Positions 56,217 to 64,000 of a stretch of 64,000 nt of DNA are shown here, in pieces. A model generated the notes under the pieces. It was given only the letters and a program-made list of their open reading frames with translations, was not told where the DNA came from and ran no database searches. Both the position numbers and the translations under genes were made by a program. Numbering within the stretch: the first letter of the stretch is position 1; the number at the start of each line of letters is the position of its first letter. This DNA comes from Pontiella sp. (GTDB taxonomy: Bacteria; Verrucomicrobiota; Kiritimatiellia; Kiritimatiellales; Pontiellaceae): assembly GCA_050290185.1 (NCBI GenBank), contig JBNKHE010000008.1, positions 128,001 to 192,000 of the forward strand, given 5' to 3'.

Positions 56217-57964
56217 TGCGCCGCACCATTACCAACATGATCGTTGTTCTGTTTGCGCTCTGGTTCTTTGCGGCCGGAGTACGGCCCGCAAAGGAAGGCG
56301 CGTCCGACTTCCAGCTCAGCGCCTTCGCGCATTTGCCGGTAAAATACGATGGCCGCATAAAACCGATCGACACTCTGGCGCGCAACCTGTTGACGATTCT
56401 TTCCGGCAAGCAGTCGTTGAGCACCGATGACGGCGAGCGGCTGAGTGCGGTGGAATGGTTTCTCGACACGGTGTCCGGGCGGGAAGAAGCGTTCGACTAC
56501 AAGGTCATCCGCATCGAAAACCTCGATGTGCTGTCCAGCCTTGGGCTGGAAGAGCGTCATGGGTTGCGCTACTCCTACCGCGAGCTGGCGCCGAGTCTCG
56601 GCAGGCTCAACATGGCCGCGCGGTCGGCCTATGCCAAGGACACCCGCGACCGCGACGTGTACGACCGGCAGATCGTCAAGCTGGCCAACAAGCTCTATAC
56701 CTTTGACAACGTGCTATCTTCGTTCGAGGATCCGTCGACCTTTCCCAAGGACCAGCTGATGGCCACTGCGCAGCGCTATATGCAGCTGGAGGGCTACTCG
56801 CTTCCGCTCGTGATTCCGCCGCACGACGCCACGAAACGCTGGCGACCGCTCATGAGTTCATTGCTGGCCGGGCCCATGACGACGCCCGATCCGCTGGCCG
56901 TCAAGTTCGCTGCCATGCTGCACGATTACCGGGATGGAAGTACCGCCGGATTCAATCATAATCTGATGGATTACGGCACGGCTGTGAGCCGTGCCAATCC
57001 GGAAGTCTTTAGGAAGCTTGGCTTCGAAGTGTTCTACAACCGGCTCGGCGCCTTTATGAAATCGGCCGAACTTTACCTGCTCGTCTTTGTCCTCAGTTGT
57101 ATCGGCTGGCTGTTCCGCAAGCAGGGCCTGCTGGATGCCGCCCGCACCCTGATGATCTTCGCCTTTATTCCGCACACGTTCGCCATCGTGGCCCGCGTTT
57201 TCCTCTCGGGCTATCCTCCGGTAACCAACCTCTACTCCTCCGCCATCTTCATCGGATGGGCGGCGGTAGCGGTCGGTATCCTGATGGAAACCGTCTTTCG
57301 CAAGAAGGCTGACGGTATCGGCAATCTGGTCGGCGGCATTGCCGGTTTCACCACCTTGCTTATTGCCCATTTTCTTGCAGGCGACGGCGACACCATGGAG
57401 CAGATGCGCGCTGTGCTTGATACCCGCTTCTGGCTGGCCACGCATGTGACCATAGTAACACTCGGTTATATGGCTACATTTGTCGCCGGTACCATCGGCA
57501 TGTTCTATGTCTTTGCCGGACTGTTCACCCGGCGGCTCGACACCGAGACCGAAGACGGCATGTACCGCATGCTTTACGGGACCGTCTGTTTCGCGCTGCT
57601 CCTCAGTTTTGTTGGAACAGTGCTCGGGGGCCTGTGGGCCGACGATTCATGGGGGCGGTTCTGGGGCTGGGATCCCAAAGAAAACGGAGCGCTACTGATC
57701 GTGCTCTGGAACGCCATCATGCTCCATGCCCGCTACGGAAAAATGGTCAAGCACCGCGGTTTTGCCATCATGTCCATATTCGGCAACATCGTCACGGCCT
57801 GGTCGTGGTTTGGGGTCAACCAGCTCAACGTCGGTCTGCATTCCTATGGCTTTACGGACTCGGCCGGCTTTTGGTTGATGGTTTTCATCCTTTCTCAGAT
57901 GGCCATTTGCATGGCATGCCTTATTCCGCCGCGGTTTTGGAGAAGCGGTGCCACCCAAGGCTAG
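56216..57964 (+). CDS. ccsA: Cytochrome c biogenesis protein CcsA/ResC (System II)
   Basis: 'GRIKPIDT', 'PPVTNLY', 'WLATHV', WWD domain 'GGLWADDSWGRFWGWDPKEN', 'GLHSYG'. Confidence 0.93.
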   Translation: MRRTITNMIVVLFALWFFAAGVRPAKEGASDFQLSAFAHLPVKYDGRIKPIDTLARNLLTILSGKQSLSTDDGERLSAVEWFLDTVSGREEAFDYKVIRIENLDVLSSLGLEERHGLRYSYRELAPSLGRLNMAARSAYAKDTRDRDVYDRQIVKLANKLYTFDNVLSSFEDPSTFPKDQLMATAQRYMQLEGYSLPLVIPPHDATKRWRPLMSSLLAGPMTTPDPLAVKFAAMLHDYRDGSTAGFNHNLMDYGTAVSRANPEVFRKLGFEVFYNRLGAFMKSAELYLLVFVLSCIGWLFRKQGLLDAARTLMIFAFIPHTFAIVARVFLSGYPPVTNLYSSAIFIGWAAVAVGILMETVFRKKADGIGNLVGGIAGFTTLLIAHFLAGDGDTMEQMRAVLDTRFWLATHVTIVTLGYMATFVAGTIGMFYVFAGLFTRRLDTETEDGMYRMLYGTVCFALLLSFVGTVLGGLWADDSWGRFWGWDPKENGALLIVLWNAIMLHARYGKMVKHRGFAIMSIFGNIVTAWSWFGVNQLNVGLHSYGFTDSAGFWLMVFILSQMAICMACLIPPRFWRSGATQG

Positions 57965-57992
57965 ATGTAAACAGGATTGCAAGGCCATTTCC

Positions 57993-58094
57993 TGAGCGGT
58001 CCTGCGTATCGGTAAAGATACGGTATTTCTCTGTTGCTCCTGCACTGAGTGCTACGAATAAACAGACCAATAGAACCCCGGGCCCAATCTTCAT
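57993..58094 (-). pseudogene. 5' fragment of a secreted-protein gene
   Basis: MKIGPGVLLVCLFVALSAGA-TEKYRIFTDTQDRS: a signal peptide plus an SHD1-like 'RIFTDxxGR' start, after which the frame runs into the ccsA 3' end. Confidence 0.35.
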
Positions 58095-58285
58095 CGTATT
58101 TATCCCATCTATATCGACGCCTTATTAATTATGGGAAGAGTTATCCGATTTGAACCATCAACAAAGCTCCCTGACGGGGAAGGGTTGGATTGCAAAGGTT
58201 GTAGGGAAAAAGAGACATATAGACTCATGTATTGGTTGAAGGATTATAGTTGTTTATTTTGTGCCGTTATGGCACATGTGTAGGC

Positions 58286-59470
58286 ATGAAACCGGGATTC
58301 TTTGATAAGCTGGTTGATCGGCTGGACCATTTGGACAAAGGTAGCCTTCAATCCTATTTCCTGCATTTGGCCAGGGAAAAGGGATTGATGGAGACCATCT
58401 TTCAGGCGCTGGAGGAGGGGATCATCGTGCTGGATCCCGACGCGCAGATCAGCTATGCGAACCGCGCCGCAGAACAGTTTCTCGGTTTCAAGCTCGAAAC
58501 CGCCCTGGGAGTATCGATCCAGCGCTACCTCAAAGGGATCCACTGGGATCTGGTACTTGACCTCGACGAATACGAATGGAGCAAGCTGGTACGCCGGGAA
58601 ATCGAGATCACCTATCCTCAGCACCGCTTCATGGAGTTCTACGTCGTTCCGCTGGCTGCCGTGGATGAAAAGGAGGAGGGGGCTGTCGTGATTTTTCGCG
58701 ATGTCACCCGCGAACGGGAAAGTACCGCCGAGTCGATTGAATCCGAACGGTTGCACGCCCTGAGCCTGCTGGCCGCCGGTGTGGCGCATGAAATTGGAAA
58801 CCCGCTCAACTCCATCAATATCCATTTGCAGCTGCTGGATCGGGAACTCGGCTTTATTGAAGATGAGCAGACCAGGAGTGATCTCCGTGAACTGGTCGAT
58901 GTTTCACGTAAGGAAGTGGCCCGGCTGGATACCATCATTCGCCAGTTCCTCAAGGCGCTGCGCCCGTCGATGCCCGAGCGCAAGCCGCAACAGCTCTCCG
59001 GTTTGCTAGCCGAAACGCTGGATGTGATGAAACACGAGATCAAGGATCGGCGCATGCTGGTTGAAACCGATTTTCCGGATAGGATTCCGGCGGTGGCGGT
59101 GGATGAAACGCAAGTTAAACAGGTGTTTTTCAACGTCATTAAGAATGCTCTGCAGGCCATGGAGGACGGCGGCATACTGAAGGTCGAGACACAGCAGTCG
59201 GACCGGTTCGTAAGCGTGGTGGTCGAGGATAACGGGCCGGGCATCGATCCCGAGAAGATGGGCGCGATTTACGAACCGTACCATACTACCAAGGCCGAAG
59301 GCACAGGCCTTGGCATGATGATTGTCCAGCGCATTATGCGCGACCACGGCGGCGAGATCGAAATCAACTCCGGGCCGGGCAGGGGAACGAGGTTGATCCT
59401 TCGCTTCCCGCGCGAGGATGCCCGGATGAACCTTCTGGTCGCACCGGAAAAGGAGCATGAAAATGTCTAA
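58286..59470 (+). CDS. Cytoplasmic PAS-domain sensor histidine kinase (NtrB-like)
   Basis: PAS ('EGIIVLD...YANRAAE'), H-box 'GVAHEIGNPL', N-box 'NVIKNALQAM', 'DNGPGI', 'GTGLG'. Confidence 0.92.
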   Translation: MKPGFFDKLVDRLDHLDKGSLQSYFLHLAREKGLMETIFQALEEGIIVLDPDAQISYANRAAEQFLGFKLETALGVSIQRYLKGIHWDLVLDLDEYEWSKLVRREIEITYPQHRFMEFYVVPLAAVDEKEEGAVVIFRDVTRERESTAESIESERLHALSLLAAGVAHEIGNPLNSINIHLQLLDRELGFIEDEQTRSDLRELVDVSRKEVARLDTIIRQFLKALRPSMPERKPQQLSGLLAETLDVMKHEIKDRRMLVETDFPDRIPAVAVDETQVKQVFFNVIKNALQAMEDGGILKVETQQSDRFVSVVVEDNGPGIDPEKMGAIYEPYHTTKAEGTGLGMMIVQRIMRDHGGEIEINSGPGRGTRLILRFPREDARMNLLVAPEKEHENV

Positions 59471-60809
59471 ACCCACGGTGTTAATTGTCGACGACGAAAA
59501 GAGTGCCCGTGATGGGCTGGTTCGGGCGTTGCGGCGCGACTACAACGTGCTGGCTGCGGAAAATGGCAATTCCGCCCTGGAGGTGCTTTCGGAGCGGAGC
59601 ATTGATGTTCTGCTGAGCGATGTCCGTATGCCGGGGATGGATGGGATTGCGCTGATGCAGCGCGCGCTGGTGAACCACCCTGAACTCACCTGCATCATTC
59701 TGACGGCTTACGGTGATGTGGATATCGCGGTCGAGGCCATGAAGCAGGGGGCCACGGATTTCATGACCAAGCCGATTAACCTCGATAAGCTGGAGCTGGT
59801 GCTGGGTCGGGTACTGAAAGCCAAGAAGATCGAATTGGAAAACGAGCAGCTCAAGGTGCAGCTCGACAGCAAATACGGACTTGAAAACATTATTGGCCGC
59901 TCCGAGCCCATGCAGGAGGTATTCGATACCATCCGTCAGGTGGCTGCGTCGCGCGCAACCGTGTTGATTCAGGGTGAAAGCGGAACCGGCAAGGAGCTGG
60001 TGGCGAAGGCTATTCATCAGCTGAGCCCGCGCAGCAAGGGTCCGTTTGTGGCGGTACACTGCGCGGCACTTTCGGAGAATCTGCTGGAGAGTGAGCTGTT
60101 CGGCCATGAAAAGGGGGCCTTTACCGGTGCGATGGAGCGGCGCATCGGACGGTTCGAAAAAGCAGACGGCGGTTCGCTTTTCCTCGATGAAATCAGCGAG
60201 ATCGACGCGGCGGTGCAGGTTAAGATCCTGCGGGCGCTGGAAGAACGGCAGATTGAGCGCGTGGGCGGAGATACGCCGGTTGATGTTGATACCCGCCTGA
60301 TTGCGGCAACCAACCGGGACCTGAAGGAAATGGTGGCAAACGGCGATTTCCGCGAAGACTTGTTTTATCGTCTCTATGTGGTGGTCATAACCCTGCCTCC
60401 ACTGCGCGAGCGGCAGGACGATGTTCTGTTGCTGCTTAGCCACTATCTGGCGGTTTTCAATCAGGAAAACGGCAAGCAGATCGAGGGATTCACTCCAGCT
60501 GCGTGTGACATGCTTTCGGCCTACGGTTGGCCGGGCAACATCCGTGAACTGCGCAATCTTGTGGAGCGGATGGTGGTGTTGGCTCGCGGCAAGGTGTTGG
60601 ATGTGAAGGATATTCCCGCGCAAGTCCGGGACAGCATCGGAGGAGGGGAGGTGCGGGTTGATGCCGAGCTGACCGTCGATGAAATGGAAAAGCGGATGAT
60701 TATCCAGGCCTTGGAGAAAACCGGAGGAAACCGGACCAAGGCCGCGGAAAAACTAGGGATCAGCCGCCGAACCCTGCACCGCAAGCTGAATCAGTATGGA
60801 GTCGGTTGA
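59463..60809 (+). CDS. Sigma-54-dependent response regulator (NtrC/AtoC family)
   Basis: REC 'LIVDDE...DVRMPGMDG', 'GESGTGKE', 'GAFTGA', 'FLDEI', 'WPGNIREL' and Fis-type HTH. Confidence 0.95.
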   Translation: MSKPTVLIVDDEKSARDGLVRALRRDYNVLAAENGNSALEVLSERSIDVLLSDVRMPGMDGIALMQRALVNHPELTCIILTAYGDVDIAVEAMKQGATDFMTKPINLDKLELVLGRVLKAKKIELENEQLKVQLDSKYGLENIIGRSEPMQEVFDTIRQVAASRATVLIQGESGTGKELVAKAIHQLSPRSKGPFVAVHCAALSENLLESELFGHEKGAFTGAMERRIGRFEKADGGSLFLDEISEIDAAVQVKILRALEERQIERVGGDTPVDVDTRLIAATNRDLKEMVANGDFREDLFYRLYVVVITLPPLRERQDDVLLLLSHYLAVFNQENGKQIEGFTPAACDMLSAYGWPGNIRELRNLVERMVVLARGKVLDVKDIPAQVRDSIGGGEVRVDAELTVDEMEKRMIIQALEKTGGNRTKAAEKLGISRRTLHRKLNQYGVG

Positions 60810-60907
60810 TCCGCCAGGAAAAAACGAAGTCCCCAATGGTTGGCGGTGCCGGGTGGCATTGCGCGTTACGTTGATTCTTTGGGCAAGTCCTGTTTTACCC
60901 GTTCGGG

Positions 60908-61225
60908 TTAGAAGGCACCTCATTCCTGCTTGCCCGGAATATAATAACTGGGGCAGATGTAGTTAAACATGTTGGCGATGTGGCGGGCTCGTTTGAGCGT
61001 CTGCGCGTCTTCCGCTCGCAGCTTGGCACGATCATCGCCAAAGTCCGCGTCAAAATATTCATTAGCCGCCTGTTTCCGGTCGGCTTCGGTTTCAAACTGA
61101 TCACGTATTTTCCGGAGCTCGCCGGCATCCAGCAAGATTCCTCCGCAACCATTTTTACATACATCAACTGTGAGGTTTCCAACCGTCATTGTTTCCAACT
61201 CATTACTATACGCCGGACAGTTCAT
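60908..61225 (-). pseudogene. Probable pseudogene of a zf-TFIIB-like zinc-ribbon protein
   Basis: MNCPAY (CxxC broken)...VDVCKNGCGGILLDAGEL...ICPSYYIPGKQE-TGA-GAF-TAA. Confidence 0.5.
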
Positions 61226-61319
61226 TGTAGACTCCTTTTCTGCATGGTTAATGATATTGCTAACGATGACAGCCGCTGTTAAAGAAGGGCGTGAGGATAT
61301 CCTAGAAAAGGAGACTGCA

Positions 61320-61859
61320 ATGCTGAAGCGCGACGAAGTGATCTTGCTGTTTATCGATGTACAGGGCCGGCTGCACGAAGTCATGCACGACAAGAGTGTG
61401 CTCGACGCCAATCTGGAACGGTTGATCCGGTGTGCCCGGTTGCTGGAGGTTCCGATTCTGGCGACCGAGCAGATTCCCGAAAAACTTGGTCCGACGAATG
61501 AACCGTTCAAATCATTGATGGGCGACGCAAAAACGATCGCGAAGACCACGTTCAGTTGTTGCGGCGATCTGGTCTTCCTGACGGAGCTGCGGGCGCTCGG
61601 CAAGGAACAGGTAATCCTGACGGGTATCGAGGCTCACGTCTGTGTATATCAAACGGCGATGGATTTGCTGGAGGCCGGGTACGAAGTGTTTGTGGCGGCC
61701 GATGCGGTGTCGTCCAGAGCGGCAGAGAATAAAGAGCTGGCCCTGCAGGCCATGCGCGATGCCGGTGCAAGAATTCTGCCGACGGAAACCATGCTGTTTT
61801 CCCTGCTGAGAGATGCGGCCGATCCCCGTTTTAAGGAACTTCTCAAGCTGATCAAATAG
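61320..61859 (+). CDS. Isochorismatase family hydrolase (YcaC-like)
   Basis: 'LLFIDVQGRL', 'ATEQIPEKLGPT', 'KTTFSC', 'GIEAHVCVYQTA', 'DAVSSR'. Confidence 0.92.
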   Translation: MLKRDEVILLFIDVQGRLHEVMHDKSVLDANLERLIRCARLLEVPILATEQIPEKLGPTNEPFKSLMGDAKTIAKTTFSCCGDLVFLTELRALGKEQVILTGIEAHVCVYQTAMDLLEAGYEVFVAADAVSSRAAENKELALQAMRDAGARILPTETMLFSLLRDAADPRFKELLKLIK

Positions 61860-61894
61860 CGCTATTCTTTCGTCGTTGAACGGAGGGAATCGCG

Positions 61895-62230
61895 ATGAGT
61901 GATGAATTAACCAATAAACGTTGTGTGCCTTGCGAGGGTGATGTCCAGCCCTTGGCGCCCGAAGCCGCAGATGCCTTGATGAAGCAGTTGGATGGCTGGG
62001 TCCGCACGGGGAACGAAATTTCGAAGACCTACAGTTTCAAGAACTACTATCAAACCATGGCTTTTGTGAATGCAGCGGCCTATGTTTCGCATCAGGAAGA
62101 TCATCATCCCGATATGTTGATCGGCTACAAGACCTGTGCTGTGACCTATACCACCCACGCGATCGGCGGCCTGTCGGAAAACGACTTTATCTGCGCCGCC
62201 AAACTCGATGCCCTAGTCAGTCGTGACTGA
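61895..62230 (+). CDS. phhB: 4a-hydroxytetrahydrobiopterin dehydratase
   Basis: 'CVPCEG', 'EDHHPD', 'THAIGGLSENDFICAAK'. Confidence 0.92.
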   Translation: MSDELTNKRCVPCEGDVQPLAPEAADALMKQLDGWVRTGNEISKTYSFKNYYQTMAFVNAAAYVSHQEDHHPDMLIGYKTCAVTYTTHAIGGLSENDFICAAKLDALVSRD

Positions 62231-62416
62231 GGAGCCGGGAGAGAACTTCTTCTGGAGCGGTTTTCCGGGCCGCGGCAGCGTGTGCACTCTGCACGAGCGC
62301 TAAAGATAAAACCGTTTTGCGCAATGTATTCATGGTCATGATCTATCCATGGAAATTTCTGCGCGGCGATCGGTTTTCGAGTATACCTTGCGTCAACAGC
62401 TCTGTTCCCGCGGGGA

Positions 62417-62845
62417 TCAGCCGATGATGTATTTTTCGAGGCGTTCTTCGTCGGCAAGGAATTCCGGGATAAGTTTTTTGCGGGCGGAGGCGCCGTGGGC
62501 ATGGACGGATGCAGGGTCGCCGGTGATAAGCGGGTGCCAGTCGGGCAGGGGCTTTCCTTCATGCATCAGCCGATAGGCGCAGGTTTCGGGCATCCATGCG
62601 AAGTATTCGGGATGGTCGACCGATAGGTGGGCGCAGTCGGGAACCAGTTCGTGGCGGTTTGCATAGTTGGTGCAGCGGCAGGTATTGACATCGAGCAGGC
62701 GGCAGGCCACGCAGGTGTAGTGTATTTCTCCGGTTTTATCGTCTTCAAGCTTGTGTACGCAGCATTTGGCGCATCCATCGCAGAGGGATTCCCATTCGGC
62801 TTCGCTAAGCTCGTGCAGTTTTTTTGTTTTCCAGAATGGTTGCAT
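62417..62845 (-). CDS. YcgN family cysteine-cluster protein
   Basis: 'FWKTK.L...EWESLCDGCAKCC', 'CRLLD', 'VPDC', 'WMPETCAYR', 'WHPL'. Confidence 0.9.
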   Translation of the reverse strand: MQPFWKTKKLHELSEAEWESLCDGCAKCCVHKLEDDKTGEIHYTCVACRLLDVNTCRCTNYANRHELVPDCAHLSVDHPEYFAWMPETCAYRLMHEGKPLPDWHPLITGDPASVHAHGASARKKLIPEFLADEERLEKYIIG

Positions 62846-62847
62846 GG

Positions 62848-64000
62848 CTACGAGGTGTATTTGTTGATCATATCGATCAGATCCTGCCGGCTGACCGGTT
62901 TGGAGATATAGTCATTCATGCCGATTTCAATACACTTGTCCTTATCTTCTTTCAGGGCATGGGCGGTGATGGCAATGATGGGAAGGTTGCAGTGGGGCTC
63001 ACGCATTTCGCGAATGCGTGTAGTGGCTTCGAAGCCATCCATGACCGGCATCTGACAGTCCATGAGGACGACATCGTATCGTTTCTTGCGGATCTGCTGT
63101 ATGGCATCCTGTCCGTTGTCCACGGTGTCAACGGCGCATCCGGCCTTTTGCAGGATGGCGATGGCGACCTTCTGGTTGACCTTGTTGTCTTCGACCAGAA
63201 GCACGGTGACGTTGGGTTTGGTGATGGTTTTGATGCGATCGGATTCGGCGGGCTTGATCGCTGCGGCATGGTTCGCTTGCGGCAGGGTGAGGTTGAAGAA
63301 GAACGTCGATCCCTGTCCTTTGGAGCTGATCAGTCCAATGGTTCCACCCATGAGTTCGATGAGTTGCTTGCATATCGCGAGACCGAGGCCGGTTCCGCCA
63401 TACATGCGCTTTTTGGAGCCGTCGACCTGGATGAATTTTTCAAAGATGCTGGCCTGCTTTTCCTTGTCGATGCCGATGCCGGTATCGATGACCTGAAAGT
63501 AAAGTTCTGCGCCGTTAGCTCCCTTGGCATGGCATTCGATATTAAGCGATACCGCCCCTTTGTGGGTGAATTTAATGGCATTGCCGACCAGGTTGACCAG
63601 GACTTGTTCGATCAGCCCTTCATCGCCGATTACGTAGAGCGGAACGCTGTCCTGGCATTCGCAGGTGAAGCGAATGCCGTTCTGGCTGGCGGTCGGCTGG
63701 AACGTGTGTTGAAGGTTTTCGCACATAACGCGCAGGTCGATGACCGAGGTGTGTACATCCATCTGGCCGGCTTCGATTTTGGAGATATCCAGCACGTGGC
63801 TTATGATTTTGATCAGACCGGAGGAGGATTGCATGATGGTGTCGACGCAGTTCTTCTGTTCGGCGGTGAGCTCGGTGTCGCTGAGCAACTGCACCATGCC
63901 GAGAATGCCGTTGAGCGGAGTCCGGATTTCATGACTCATGTTGGCTAGGAATTCGCTTTTAGCCTGGCTGGATTTTTCCGCCATCTGGCGGGCGTTTTCC
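62848..64000 (-). CDS. Hybrid sensor histidine kinase/response regulator (3' part; 5' end outside the window)
   Basis: '[19 protein letters not shown]', '[10 protein letters not shown]', 'DTGIGI', 'GGTGLGLAI' and REC 'LLVEDN...[11 protein letters not shown]'. Confidence 0.93.
   Translation of the reverse strand, partial: ENARQMAEKSSQAKSEFLANMSHEIRTPLNGILGMVQLLSDTELTAEQKNCVDTIMQSSSGLIKIISHVLDISKIEAGQMDVHTSVIDLRVMCENLQHTFQPTASQNGIRFTCECQDSVPLYVIGDEGLIEQVLVNLVGNAIKFTHKGAVSLNIECHAKGANGAELYFQVIDTGIGIDKEKQASIFEKFIQVDGSKKRMYGGTGLGLAICKQLIELMGGTIGLISSKGQGSTFFFNLTLPQANHAAAIKPAESDRIKTITKPNVTVLLVEDNKVNQKVAIAILQKAGCAVDTVDNGQDAIQQIRKKRYDVVLMDCQMPVMDGFEATTRIREMREPHCNLPIIAITAHALKEDKDKCIEIGMNDYISKPVSRQDLIDMINKYTS

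Noticed and set aside
60908..60922. Selenocysteine or TGA recoding
   Set aside because: The position is not a redox Cys site, no SECIS-like hairpin is evident, and the gene shows other signs of decay.
1..64000. Many long alternative-frame ORFs (e.g. 30343-31536+, 41993-43063+, 54144-55463-, 59481-60623-, 62824-63948+)
   Set aside because: They are antisense shadows of well-supported genes in GC-rich DNA and carry no recognisable motifs.
1..64000. tRNA, rRNA, prophage or defence systems
   Set aside because: No cloverleaf, rRNA-like, phage structural or defence-gene signatures were recognised by eye; tRNAscan and Infernal were not run.

Overview
Bacterial chromosomal window. It is probably from the PVC superphylum and most resembles Kiritimatiellota (Pontiella-like). 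This is an inference from four IPEP-type PEP-CTERM proteins and secreted proteins with DxDxDG plus '...FY[RK]' C-terminal domains. The left half (1-29.4 kb) holds housekeeping and cell-surface genes: an RND efflux operon with a TetR regulator, two phosphatases, MATE and MFS transporters, a TraF-like barrel, PPi-type phosphofructokinase, a stand-alone rpsD with a structured leader, pheT, a DinG helicase and a subtilase. The main signal is a ~29 kb heme and multiheme-cytochrome region (29.4-58 kb) that looks like a complete Geobacter-style extracellular electron transfer kit. It encodes an ImcH-like NapC/NirT protein (7 heme motifs), two CbcL-like cytochrome c/b fusions (11 and 19), a periplasmic tetraheme, and a putative porin-cytochrome conduit (secreted 9-heme + beta-barrel + 12-heme lipoprotein). 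It also encodes a secreted tetraheme, System II maturation (ResB/CcsA), an Rrf2 regulator with a candidate operator, two HemA copies and unusual tetrapyrrole fusions. I count 66 heme-c motifs by eye in 7 proteins. A subtilase/BspA-LRR gene sits inside this region between 85-bp direct repeats. The right end has an NtrB/NtrC-like pair, small housekeeping genes and a partial hybrid kinase. All family calls come from motif recognition; no database searches were run.
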